64,000 nt of DNA from Mytilus trossulus (taxonomy: Eukaryota), in contig NC_086376.1 in NCBI RefSeq assembly GCF_036588685.1, forward strand, positions 45,446,001-45,510,000. Reading direction: 5' to 3'. The notes below the pieces were generated by a model. That model was given only the letters and a program-made list of their open reading frames with translations, did no database searches and had not been told where the DNA came from. Shown here one piece after another: positions 38,651-51,515 of this stretch; position 1 is the stretch's first letter, and each line of letters begins with the position of its first letter. A program made the position numbers and the translations under genes.

Positions 38651-41214
38651 CTTTAGAAAACAAGTTCTACACTGATAATTGAATTGTGTTAGACTCATTT
38701 GAAGACTCATCCTAAAATTTGTCATATGATATCGAAATATATGTCTAAGGTTTAGTGTTTTATTTGATTCTCATATATCGAATTAACAGCAACTAATACA
38801 TATGGAAATGCATGTTCCAAGTCAGGTGTATGACAGTTGTTTTCCATTCGTTTAACGTCTTTGAACTTTTGCTTTTGTCATTTGATAAGAGACTTTTAAT
38901 TTTGAATTTTCCTTGGAGTCCGGTAATTCTGTTTTACCTTTTTATACATAATTACCATTTAATATATGTCAACTTGATTATCATATAAGGTACCTGACTG
39001 ACTAAACACGTCTAAAAAGAGAGGCAAAGATACCAATGGGATATTCAAACTCGTTAGTGGAAAACAACATGACAATGCCATAGCATAAAAACAAAAAAGT
39101 CAAAATGGCTGTAAACAATACACATGAAAAAAATCTCAAGTGCACCCACCAAAGGGTCTAAGGCAGCAACCATTTGAATTTCGGGGGGGGGGGGGGGGGT
39201 GCGTGCTATGGATAAAAAAATTTAATAAACATTTTTTTTTTCTCCAAAAACTGGAAGCAAACTTCCAAAAAAAATCCATAGCCTTCCCATGTAAGATATC
39301 TTTATAACTAGAACTCTGTGTCCACCCTTTCTACATAAGAAAGTACCAAGTCAGGGATATATGAGTTGTTTTCATTTGTTTGATATGTTTAAACTTTTGA
39401 TTTTGCGGTTTTATAAAAGTCTTTCCGTTTTGAATTTATATTGGAGTTGAGTTTTTTGAGTTTTTACTTTTTTGTCCAGGTCGCATAAATGTAAAACAGA
39501 ACCCCTCAAATATTATATGATACATATTCAATCACATAATTTTTAAATTAATTAAAAAAATCATGATAAACAACTGAACTATTTTTTTACAGTGCATTTG
39601 AAATTTTTCAATACGGTACCAATATAATTTATGAACTTTTAAAGTAGAGTAATTAATTTTAACCAACTAATAAAAGTAACTATAATTTTATTATGAAGTT
39701 TATAATTGCTATTATTAGAAAATTAAATGCATTAATTTAATGTAATATAATTATCAATATTATCTAAAATACTTTAAATATGAAAAAAAAATCTTTTTCA
39801 AATCCAGAAAATAATTATGTTGAGCATCCTAATATTCTGGTGACATGCCAGGATATTTCAATAATTCAAAATCCTTCAAATAGAAAATCAGGTAGATTTA
39901 TTGCTGTAAAATATCTTCTATAATAAAATATAAGTAGGGGATTACAGCTAAGCCTTGGGAAACGTCTGAACTTTGACAATATTATCGTCTGAATATTCAG
40001 TTCTTTATTGCCACTGACTGTTTGAATTGATGATACAAAATAAACGTCGTATATTAAAAAAGGTAATTGCATTACATTTGGATATTGTTACAATGAATTT
40101 AACAAGCAAAATACATAATCTTTAATGAGAAACATTTACAAATAATGAAAACCTTTCTTACTCCAACACAAATGGATATTTAACCATATTTTATTCTTAA
40201 ACTGTATTTCATTTGAAATGATCCAGTGCGGTTCGATTGTTAAGAAGATCCGATTTATTTCTCGATAAATTGAAATAGGAACCAATGAAAATGGTTGATT
40301 TAACATTGCTTAGTAAAAAAGTGGAGTCGAAATATTATTTTGATGATAAGGGCTGACAAAATTTATTCTTAATTCTATTAAATAATGTTTAAATGATCTT
40401 GGTGTTCTTCAGATTTATTTATTTCTTTCATTATTATTGGTTTTATACCAGCATTCAGATTAGAAAATAATTGGAAAATATCGAGACCGATGAGCGAAAA
40501 ATATTGGTATAGAAAAGGGTTAGAATAGATATATGTGATTGTGAAATAAGCTGACAGACACACTGATTGGGCTTAATTGTCCGTGCGTTTAATTGACGGA
40601 GGTCTTTCCGAATGATTTTGTACGGACAATCAGAGTCATCAAATAGATTATTATAATGATGTAGCACTGAGGTGGAAAAAGAATTGAAATTTTGGAATGT
40701 AACATGTGGGAAACAACCAAAATCTTTTCAAAACTTGTCCGACATTTGAATTCTACACCAATAAATAATGTATCATGGAACGAACCATTTTTTTCGTCCT
40801 TTTCAAAAGAAGTATGGGTTTTTTAAACAAAGGTTCTCCCAAGGTATGTCTTATGTAGGTAATATAATAGAAAAAATCATGTTGCTTTCAAATGCAAGTC
40901 TTTGCAAAGATAGTTGTGTAATAACAGTCAGAAATAAATACAAATCAAGTTGTTGTGAGTTTATAAGGATTATCGATGTGCCACAATTGTTGAAAATCAA
41001 ACTTTTTATGCTATGTTTAAGACAAATTTTAACGAGTGTCGCAATCAGGACAACTTCAATTACTAAGGTGATATACATCACAAAATAATCTTAAGACAAA
41101 ACTTTGATTCAAAAAACTTTTTATTAATCACGTTCATGATTTCTTGCATGGTTATATGAAATACACATCAGAAGTGTGCTTCGTCATTTAATTACAGCTA
41201 CCAGTTATTGAGAA

Positions 41215-41580
41215 AAAAATCACCAAAGATACCAGGCGTACATTTTTTTATGTCAGACGCGCGTTTCGTCAACAAAAGACGCGTCCTTGACACTTGAATA
41301 AAAAAAAAGTCAAGTAGAATACGAAGTTGAAGAGCATCGAGGGCCAAAAAAGGGTATGCGAAATATGAATAAGGTAATACACTCCTGTGGTAGATAATCA
41401 ATTATATTTCGAACAAATCAGTTTTCTAAATAGCTAATTTATAAATATGACAGTACAAATGATAATTGATGTCAACGTGAATGGCTAGCTACTGGGCTGG
41501 TGGCATTGGCAACTACCTAATGGTTGCAAAAACATTTCATCAAATATATCAGGCTTATAATTTTGTATCCAAGTCACGCG
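41215..41580 (-). mobile_element. Decayed family 1 retrozyme unit (catalytic core lost)
   Basis: TCAGACGCGCGTTTCGTC at 41253-41270 and GTTGAAGAGCA / CTACTGGGCTGGTG body motifs; CUGAUGA is replaced. Confidence 0.65.
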
Positions 41581-42755
41581 AGATAAAAAAAAAATGAGAA
41601 TTTGTACATTTCATATTTTATGTTTTTGTATTGAGATATATGTTCACTAAATAACTAAGCTTTCGTGCATTTTTTATTTTCACTTCTATCAAATTGGCAA
41701 TACATGACGATTGAAACTTTTATTTGCTTATCCTTCCAGAACACTCGAGATCACCCTCAGTTTTTGGTGGGGTATGTATGCTCAGTCTTAAGTTTTAAAT
41801 GTTGTGTTTTGTGTACTGCTGATTGTCTGTTTGTCTTTTTTTTTACCCATGGCGTTGTCAGTTTTATTTCGACCTATGAGTTTGAATATACCTCAGGTAT
41901 TTTTCGCCTATATTTTATGTGCACCAATCTTCAGGTTTTTAAAATGCAGACGCACATTTGAATTAGATTAGAACTGCATACCGTGTACACTAGTAAGTGC
42001 TATGGAGAATACAGGATGTCTTGAGGATGTCATTGTTGGTCAGATGTCTCAAACTCTGCTTAAATTAATGATTCATATAAGAAATGCTAAAACATTTAAG
42101 ATTATCTTTTTAACCTTCTTAGAGATGTAGTAATATCATTAAATTGAAACATGAATTGTCATTGATATTGTCATTTTCACAAATTAACGGTTTTGAAAAA
42201 AATAGGTACGAAATATGAAGGATTTCACCACAGTTACAGATTACATAAGCTGTTAAACCTTCCGAAAATTTTTGCCCTCAATGCTGTTTAACTTCGTACT
42301 TTATTTGTCTTCAGTCGATTAAACTTGGTTCGTACAGGATTGTATGCCATTTTTCCGTAACACTAACACTAGCGACAAGAAAAAAAAAAGTTTGAATGAC
42401 CATGGCCAAATGTATATTTGGAACTTAAGTTTATGATAACTTCTGACAAAAAATCAAATTAAATACAACTGGCGCTGCCTCAAAGCCCTACAAATCAGGA
42501 CGACGCTATATTCACAAGTTTTATACCTAACTACATATATCTATTTTGAGTATTCCCAGATTTCCTTGAATAATTTTTTTTCTCTTTCCTGTATCGAAAA
42601 TTTAAATGCAAGTGCCCACTTGAATCCAGTCCATACTTCACCTTAGGACCTTATAATTCATATAAATCATCTTGCTTTATTCCTTTTGACCTGTTACATA
42701 ACCTCATCTGTTGTTTGTTATACAATATTTTAGTAATTAATCGCAGTAAATTTGA

Positions 42756-43017
42756 AAAGCGGGAGGTTTGGCTAGCCACAAAACCAGGTTCAACCCACAT
42801 TTTTTTTCTTAAAATGTCCTGTACCAAGTCAGGATAATGGACATTGTTATATCATAGTTCGTTTCTGTATGTGTTACATTTTAGTGTTGTGTTTCTATTG
42901 TGTCGTAGATTTCCCATGATATTTCCCTCAGTTTTAGTTTGTAACCCGGATTTGTTTTGTTTTTTCAATCGATTTATGAATTTCGAACAGCGGTATACCA
43001 CTGTTGCATTTATTTAT
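42756..43017 (+). repeat. Dispersed repeat family C
   Basis: AAGCGGGAGGTTTGGC...CCTGTACCAAGTCAGGA...CGAACAGCGGTATAC. Other copies at 37010-37335, 35917-36170 (-), 49815-50180 (-) and 53945-54360. Confidence 0.85.
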
Positions 43018-43698
43018 ACATACTTAGTATTTATTGAATCATATTATTTTTATACAAAAAAATCACTTTCTTTGAAGAAGTGACAAATTATATTTACCAA
43101 AAGCTTAAGAACAACCAAAAAATTTATTAAAACTGACCACATATTGACGTTTATTTTAAATTGACAACATTTGTGTTACTAGTACCTTTGATGAATGTAT
43201 TATTTATCAGTAAGTCGACATTCCTAAGGGAACCAATCGTGTTTTCCTCTTGCAATTTTGTTACTTTTATTCGTATATAGTATATATGAGCTACTGGTAT
43301 ACAATATTAACTTTTAACCTTAAACGTTACATTACGAATTATAAGTGACGTCCTTTTTTAATTGTTTAATCATAATTTAGTGGACCATTGTGGTAAAAAA
43401 TACATGTTGCAGATGAGGAATAAGTATAAGTTCCACTTGTCGTTATCACAACTATCGGGAAATAAGCAGGATTAGTAAAGGCAACACAACGGATGTCGCT
43501 ATAGCTCAATAGAATCTGTTTATCCTTCATTATTATCTTAGGTTTGGTTAATGTTGCTCAATCGTTTGGTTTCGGTGAAAAATTGTGTTTAGGTTTTCTT
43601 CGACTCTGGCTTTTTAATTCGCAATTAATATATTCTTTCCTCTTTTATAATGCTCTTCAACTTTGTATTTGTTTGGCATTTTAACTGTTTTGATCTGA

Positions 43699-43742
43699 GC
43701 GTCACTGATGAGTCTTATGTAGACGAAACGCGCGTCTGGCGT
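43699..43742 (+). ncRNA. Type I minimal hammerhead ribozyme (family 1), intact
   Basis: GCGUCA CUGAUGA GUCU-UAUGU-AGAC GAAA C-GCGC-GUC^UGGCGU, with cleavage predicted after 43736. Embedded in the family 1 repeat body (about 43650-43770). Confidence 0.9.
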
Positions 43743-46100
43743 ATTAAATTATAATCCTGGTACCTTTGATAACTAATTATAGCTGATATAAACCAACATT
43801 TAATTGGATATACTACCCTTGGGGATAAACATAGCAGTGACGTACACCCAGTGGTTGTAAATAAACTCATTATAGATATCAGAATTAGAATTTTGTTCTT
43901 CCTAAGATTCATGACTTTATTATCTTTGTATTGATAAAAAAAAAAATTTAAATCTCGTACTCTTCAGTCTTTAAAATAACAAACAAAAAATGAACACTGA
44001 AAAACATTCTAAACGGAAAGTCGCTAAGAAAAAGGTAAAATCAAAAGCCTAAACACATCAAAAGAATTGATAACAGCAGTCATATTTCAGACTTGGTCGG
44101 GTATTTTCTTATAAAGAAAATGATGGATTAAATCTGATTTTATAGCTAGCCAAACTTCTCACTTGTATGACAATCGCATAAAACTCAATCATACTGACAA
44201 CGATGTGTCAACAAAACAAACAGACATAATTTTGTAAAAATGTCGAAAGTTGGGGTGCATCAGTCAGTATCAGTCAGCATTGTGTTATAATCGTAATCAC
44301 TATAAAAAAAAATCAAATATGTTAAAAAAGGTAAACAAAAAGGAACATAGACAAAGCACATTAGCAAAAACGAAAGACAAGAATACACAAATTACCCTAG
44401 CACACTGATACAATTATTTTGAATTGATAATATTTTTTGTTTCTTTTTTTTTAAAGTTTCATAATCGTGATTTTTTCCCCCGTGTATCATCCTTAAAAAA
44501 TATTACACTTTTGAACAGCCAATAATTTGAAAAGAAGCACTCTGGTCTTTTCTTCATGTGATATTTTTTTTATAAAGAATTATGTAGACTACCCATGTAT
44601 TGTCAAAGTGTAGACAATATATATTAATTTGTTTCTACTGTTGTTCGTGTTAATTTTGAGGTTTTCCTAAAATGAATTATTACAATATTATCTGCATACT
44701 GCTTATGCAAATGTATGTATTGCGATTACAATTAATAAAAGCAAGGAAGTTTGCATTTTAAATATAAAAACTCAAATATGCTGTGAATATACGACTAGTG
44801 CAGGGTCAAGTGAAATAAGTCAAACTTAACTTTTTTGGTGCAAATAATTCTACGGTTAAGATTTAATTATCTCAAAATACGTATACATCAATGGCAACTA
44901 GTTTAGAAAATATTTTAAAAGAGGTTTTTAAAATGTTACGTACTCTCATGGAGTACAATTCAAAAGGTACAAAACAATTTAAACGTTGGATGCACTCTAA
45001 CAATTGGGGGAAATGCCTCATAAATAGTGGCCATAAATCAATGGATTAGCGAACAAATCTATAGAGGCACATTATTGATGGTAAAAGCTTTTTATTTGGA
45101 AATTGGTTGCTTTAAATGCGTTATATTAAGTATTGAAATGGGTTAATATAGGATAACGCTTCTGAATTTGATTTAATTTGGTCGCATGAAGCAAAATTTC
45201 TTTTGATGTGACAATATAACGTACCAATAGTTTAATATTACATTACTAACCGCTTGGTAAATCCAATAACTTTGTCAAACTCCTAAAATAATCCAACATC
45301 AATTTTGAATACGCTTAGCATTAAAACTGTTTTATTTTGTATTTAAATACATCATGTATAAAGGCTGACAGAAAAAAGGTTAGACGTTTTAGTTACAACA
45401 GGAATTCTTGATTATTCTGAAAAAAAAATAAAAAATAAGTCTGATCATGAAACATTGACATGCTCAGTAAAATTGAAGTATTTTCAATCATTTTTCATAC
45501 GAAGCTTATTTTAATCAATAACAATGTTTCAAAGAAATGACATAGATATATACCATACATAAAAGACAGAAATCCCCATCAATTATTAACAGAAGAATCG
45601 CTGAAAAAGGGACAATGGCAGGCAAATCGAAAGATTCATAGTTTATCTTTAATGTATTTCAAAAGCTATATTAAAATGTAAATTTTGTGTAAATTTATTT
45701 AGACAAATTTTGTACCTGCGTCGCAAAAGCAAAAGCAGGCCTAGTAACAGCCCAATTCCATCCGTCTGTTCGTCCGTCTGAAAGTTGTATCCTGTAAGTA
45801 TGTTACTGTTTGCAGACAGTATGAAATTTTATACTCTCATTGTACTTTTGTGTATCTTTTCTTGACTTCTATGGAAGGGAATTATAAGTTTACATGTTAC
45901 CTCAATTAAGTTCTTGTGGAAATGGTTTGTTATATTCCATTACTGGTTTGGCTTTTTTTTTTTAATATAGAATGCATATTAATAAACAAATAGAATATCT
46001 ATCTTAAATGTGTAAAGATAGTATCTGAAGATTTTAAAATATTGTTACATGTATATAGAAAAGCAATTAAAGAATAACGGTTGATCAGATCAAGATTTAT

Positions 46101-46566
46101 AAAAAAAAAAAAAAAAAAGATGTGGTATGATTGCCAATGAGACAACTCTTTACATGAGACAAAATAACACAGTAATTAACAACTATAGGTCACCGTACGG
46201 TATTCAACAATGTGCAAAGACCATACCGCATAGTCAGCTATACAAGGCCCCGAAATGACAAATGTAAAACAATTCAAACGAGAAAACTAACGGCCTTAAA
46301 GAGGGACTAAAGATACCAAAGGGACAGTCAAACTCATAAATCTAAAACAAACTGACAACGCCATGGCTAAAAATGAAAAAAGACAAACAAACAATAGTAC
46401 ACATTACACAACATAGAAACCCAAAGAATAAACAACACAAACCCCACCAAAAACTAGGGGCGATCTCAGGTGCTCCGGACATATGTAACATATGTACAAA
46501 AAATAAACGAAAAACAAATAAGTAACACATCAACAAACGACAACCACTGAATAACAGGCTCCTGAC
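46101..46566 (-). repeat. Family A copy interrupted by a family E insertion (46298-46479)
   Basis: Family A sequence stops at AACTAACGGCCT and resumes at TATGTACAAAAAATAAACG after the insert. Confidence 0.75.
46298..46479 (+). repeat. Dispersed repeat family E
   Basis: AAAGATACCAAAGGGACAGTCAAACTCAT...CGCCATGG...GATCTCAGGTGCTCCGGA. Related copies at 41730-41910 (-), 39015-39130, 18985-19170 (-) and 27375-27445. Confidence 0.75.
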
Positions 46567-48397
46567 AGTTACATACATACAGCCAGAGTGTGGCAGGGAA
46601 AAATAGAGTTATTGTTTGTAGAAATAATTATCTGATTTATCCAAATCGTTATTGGCTAGTAACATGACTAAGAAAATAATCCTTTAAAATTTTGGGCTGC
46701 CAGAAAAAGTCAGAGTTTTTCAAGAACCATGCGAAAATAGAAATAAATATTTACACAGCTATATAAGTGTTATAAATTGACATTTTTATAGACAATTATC
46801 TGTTATAATTTAATTGGTCAGTTCCTTAAACTTTTTTACAGTGCCAGTTTTTGTTTCTTCTTCTTCATGTAATTGAAATGACAAGGGCACATTTAGAAGG
46901 TCCTATAACATTTAAAATGGCCATACGAAATTAGTTTTTTTCACTCGATGAATGTGTAGTCTTTTCAGATAAAGAACATTTAAATAATTAGACTGTGAAA
47001 TTCAATTAATGTCTTCCGTCGTTTCAGAAAGCGCGCGTTTTGTGGTGTCATTCATTCAACCACGTCTTCCGATTTTCCAGCTGAATTATTCGGAAACCAT
47101 TCAGACTCTTCATTAATCACATAGTTAAACAACGATAATGACAGAACGAGATTGATGAATTAAAACGAACATGTAGTTTTGTGTTAACTCTACTGTCCAT
47201 CAAGAAAATTAAAAACTAACCTAAGATGTTTATTAATGTAACAACGCTTCATGAAGCATTCTATCAGAGTCAAATCTAATCTTTCTGTCCCTTGCTTCAA
47301 TGAGTGATGATAAAACGTTTGAAGAACGTAGATTGAATCGATGTAGCTTTCATTGCAATGTGCATTGTGTTCCCAGAAAATCATGCAAAAGCTTTCATTT
47401 TTTGTATTAGTCACTAAACATCACCATAGCCAATAATCTAACAAATATTATTAGCTTTTATTGTAAAAAAATGTCATTTCGGATGGCTATACGATAGATT
47501 TGTAAACCAACGTCAATATCTTTTCAAACATTGTACTGACAACCTCTTTGCGACCTACTAGTAAATTGATTAGGATTCATAATATTTGAAGATTTATTTA
47601 ACGCTGCAATCAGTTAAATTGTATGCTCGTCGACAGTGTTGTCGAAATGTATCAATTTCTTCCATCCCGTCATTGATTCCTTGACATATAAGGTCTATGC
47701 CATGTCGTAACTGTCCATCTGGGCGCTTGATATGTTATAATAGAGTGACAGTTTGTATGCACAAAATAGTTTTCTATATTGTAAATAATTAAACAGGCGT
47801 TCTAGCTATTTGTAAAACACGTCTGTTAGACATATACAACATAAAAATGTAATTTATTAAGCTATCAAACTAAATTAAAAGCTATCTACAAATTGAGCTC
47901 TTATTGATAAAGAATAAACTCGATGGAAGAAGTAATTCATCATAAGTTTTATTACAGTTTATCTAAATCCCAAGTAACAAAAATGCAGTTTATAATAATA
48001 CATGCTTAAATATAGATGTAGGTAGCTCTTGAGTCGTTTCTTTTTGACCATTCAAATGTACTTTTAATAAAGCAGGTTTAAGTTTCAAATGGCAAAATTG
48101 AGCTAAGTACAATTTATCTGAAGTCGGTTGGATACATATATACAAATAACATAAGCTCTAACGAGTATTTAAAATCGAAAGAAATAGTATTTTAACGTTG
48201 TCTTTGTTTGTTGAAGAGTCTCATATATACTTTATTGACATTGAATGCACTTGATTCGAACGCTATATAATCATCTTACTGTGTGCGAAGCTCAAGAACT
48301 CAATAAAAAAGTGAATACAAAAAACCCACTACATGTCTTTGATATTTTAATATACTGCTTTCAGTATTCAAAACAGACAAACAAAATTAAACAATAA

Positions 48398-48506
48398 ATC
48401 TAATCTAGTAAGCTGTTAATTTTCGAGGTGACCGTCCAATATATTTATACATCTAATCTAGTAAGCTGTTAATTTTCGAGGTGACCGTCCAATATATTTA
48501 TACATC
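48398..48506. repeat. Perfect 53-bp tandem duplication
   Basis: ATCTAATCTAGTAAGCTGTTAATTTTCGAGGTGACCGTCCAATATATTTATAC x2. Confidence 0.92.
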
Positions 48507-49169
48507 GGTTTAAGATATCTATATTGATGTAACTGATTGATGTAGTGATTTAAAAAAAATAATATAATTTTTTATATTATGATTGGTTGAGCATTTCCTA
48601 TCGTGACATATAGTTTCGCCGACGCATTATAATACATTGTACGCGACTTATATACAGATATTAATTTTACTACGCTGGTGCAGGAATATGACAGTTTCTT
48701 TGTTTATCCTACGTTTGGTGTGCTTTAGCTTTTGATTTTGCCATTTGATAAGGGACATTCTATTTTTGAATTTTCCTTGGATTTTCTTTTTGTTTTGGGG
48801 CCTATTTCACTTTTCAGTTGTCAAAGACACTCGCTGTGTGTAATAGTAATAATCTTCGTTTATTTCTTGCTACGAAAATATTGTTTTGTAATGCCATTAC
48901 GATACTAGCCTGAATATAATTCTGTCTTTTTCTGAGGCATCAACTCCATGTGGTCAAGGAAAACAAATGTGTATATTAAGTCAATTATGGTGATGGAAAT
49001 GTAAACATTAAGCAACCTACGGATGGCGACATTCACAAGTTGAATAATCAAATCATCATGTTTGTTTGTCCTAAATCTTACTTCATCTGAGACGCCAAAT
49101 ATGACAATTAAAAGATAAACTGCTCAAGTTTGCATACGGAATTTACTTAAAAATAAATCTTTGCACTTC

Positions 49170-49400
49170 GGTGATTACATGTATATCAATTATATAGTCA
49201 TTTTTTTATAAATTAACTGTTTGCAAAGGTATCAATTATTCTAAATACTAAGAATTTTCTTATCCAAGGTAGATAACCTTCGTCGTATTTGGCACTATTT
49301 TGTGAAGTTTTGGCCATTAATGCTTTTATTTTTGTTTGGATTTCTATGCTATTTTTACCTGAGTGTCACTGATGAGTCTTATGTAGACGATACACGCGTC
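49170..49400 (+). mobile_element. Decayed family 1 unit ending in a hammerhead remnant
   Basis: GAGTGTCA CTGATGA GTCTTATGTAGAC GATA CACGCGTC at 49361-49400 (GAAA changed to GATA), preceded by the family body sequence. Confidence 0.7.
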
Positions 49401-49433
49401 TTAAAATGGCATATGCCAAGTTAGTAAAATGGC

Positions 49434-49623
49434 AATTTTCTTTTCTTGGACTGTGATGTTCCTTCGATCCCTTCTTATGGTATTTTCACTTCTCAACTTT
49501 GAAAATGCTATGCTTGAGTCTGTATTGAGGTTTTATATCTCAATGATGGAAACTGTTAAATCATAAAGTCAGACATTTTGTTGCCATAAATCATTTCACA
49601 ATTTTACTAAATTCTTTCAAAGA
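49434..49623 (+). pseudogene. Decayed Penelope-like element reverse transcriptase (thumb region) fragment
   Basis: Manual translation gives NFLFLDCDVPSIPSYGIFTSQL*..YA*VC...; after a frameshift, FCCHKSFHNFTKFFQR. This resembles the PLE motif NFPFLDxDVPxxPSYGVYISQLxRxARVC...YHKLxKxFxKF as I recall it. Contains stops and a frameshift. Confidence 0.65.
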
Positions 49624-49814
49624 TCCTTAGATGCAAAATTTCTAAAAATGAACTTCATGGAAACTTTGTATATGATGATGGACGTTTTAAGCAACTTTGA
49701 ATGGTTAAACAGCCCTCGCACGGTACTTTTTTTTATATAAAATCTGTACAAACTATTTAAGCAAATAATTCATCGAATAAACTTATCCTTAAAAGATATA
49801 AATTAAACACTGTA

Positions 49815-50360
49815 ATAGATAAAGGCAACAATAGTATACCGCTGTTAGAAATTCAAAAAATCGATTGAGTAAAAAACAAATCCGGGTTACAAACCAAAAC
49901 TGAGGGAAACACATCAAATATATGAGAAGAACTACGACACAACAGAAACACAACATTAAAATGTAACACACAAAGAAACGACGTCTAATATAACAATGGC
50001 CATTTTCCTGACTTCGTACATGACATTTTTAAAAAAATGGTGGGTTAAACCTGGTTTTGCGGCATGCCAAACCTTCCGCTTTTATGGCAATGTTTAATAT
50101 AACATTAAAATGACAACATGACAGGACTACAATACAAATAAATGATAGAACATATAGGACAGAGAAACACACGAATAAAAGGTGCCAGGTTTAAATTTAA
50201 TACGCCAGACGCACGTTTCGTCCTCACAAGACTATATATAACCAGTGACGTTCAGATGAAAAAAGGTTGAAAGCCAAAACAAGTACAAAGTTGAAGAGCA
50301 TTGGGGACCAAACGTTCCAAAAAAGTTGTGCATAATAAGGCTAGGGTTTTCTGTCTAGGA
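49815..50360 (-). mobile_element. Composite element: family 1 hammerhead unit fused to family C repeat
   Basis: Hammerhead remnant at 50201-50250 continues through GGCGTATTAAATTTAAACCTGGCACCTTT directly into the family C body. The same junction occurs at 53775-54360. Confidence 0.7.
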
Positions 50361-50439
50361 TGAGAAACTTTAAATAATGTGTTTTTGGTACCAACATGTT
50401 GGGTTTTTTTTATCAATTATAACAACTTTTTTATTCTCC

Positions 50440-51515
50440 GACGGTATCACCAGCCCAGTAGTCAATACTTCTGTGTTGACATGAATTAACATTGATATTG
50501 TCATAATTATGATTAACTGTTTACATAACTTTGAGTTTTTGAAATGCTAAGGCTTTTCTACCTTAGGAATGTATTAACTTACCTGTATTTAACAAAACTT
50601 TTAGACATTTTGGTCCTCAATTCTCTTCAACTTCGTACTACATTTTGCCTGTTTTAACTATTTTTTATTCGAGTGTCACTGATGAGACTTTTGTAGACGA
50701 ATTGCACGTCTGGTGCAAATACAAAACTTCAATCCTGCTATCTATGATGTGTTTATTTACAACCACTCGTTCAATTCCACTGCTGGTGAATTTTTTACTC
50801 CCCGAGTGTATCACCAGCCTAGAAGTCGGCACTTCTGTGTTGACATGAATTGTTATAGATATGGTCATAATTATAAATTAACTGTTAACATCACTTTGAC
50901 TTTATGAAATACCAAGTCATTTCTACCTTAGAAATAGATTGTAACCCAGATTTTTTTTTATCTATTGATTTATGAGTTTCGAACAGCGGTATACTACTGT
51001 TGCCTTTATTTACCTTAACTGTATGACAAAACTTTGAGGACATTTTGGTCCTCAATGCTCTTCAACTTCGTACTTTATTTGGCCTTTTAGTCTTTTTCTA
51101 TTCGAGCGTCACTGCTGAGTCTTTTGTAGACGAAATGCAGACGCGCAAACACAAAATTTCAATCCTAGAATGAGTTTATTGACAACCACTGGTTCGAAGC
51201 TACTGCTTTCGGTGTATTTATTACCCGAGTGTATCACTACCTCAGTGGTCGGCACTTTTGTGTTGACATGAATTACCATTGGTATGGTCATAATTATAAG
51301 TTAACTGTTTACACAACTTAGAATTTTTGAAATACTAAGGCTTTTCCACCTCAGGAATATATTACCTTCGCCATATTTGGCAAACTGTTAAGAATTTTTG
51401 AATCTTCGAACTTCTAACTTTTTTTATTCGAGCGTCACTAATGAGTCTTTTGTAGACGAAAAGTGCGTCTGACATATAACAAAATTGTATTCCTGGTATC
51501 TATGTCTATGATGAG
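50440..51515 (+). mobile_element. Decayed tandem array of about 3 family 1 retrozyme units
   Basis: Hammerhead remnants at about 50671-50716, 51104-51145 and 51430-51473, each with a core mutation (GAAU, CUGCUGA, CUAAUGA). Spacings are 433 bp (including a ~70-bp family C insert at 50941-51011) and 326 bp. Confidence 0.8.

Noticed and set aside
39183-39199. Poly-G tracts (also 56212-56226) as functional G-quadruplexes
   Set aside because: They appear to be parts of small transposon-like remnants; nothing supports a function.
45708-45900. Second HINE/DINE-like element (CCGTCTGTTCGTCCGTCTG)
   Set aside because: Only a microsatellite-like trace; termini could not be defined.
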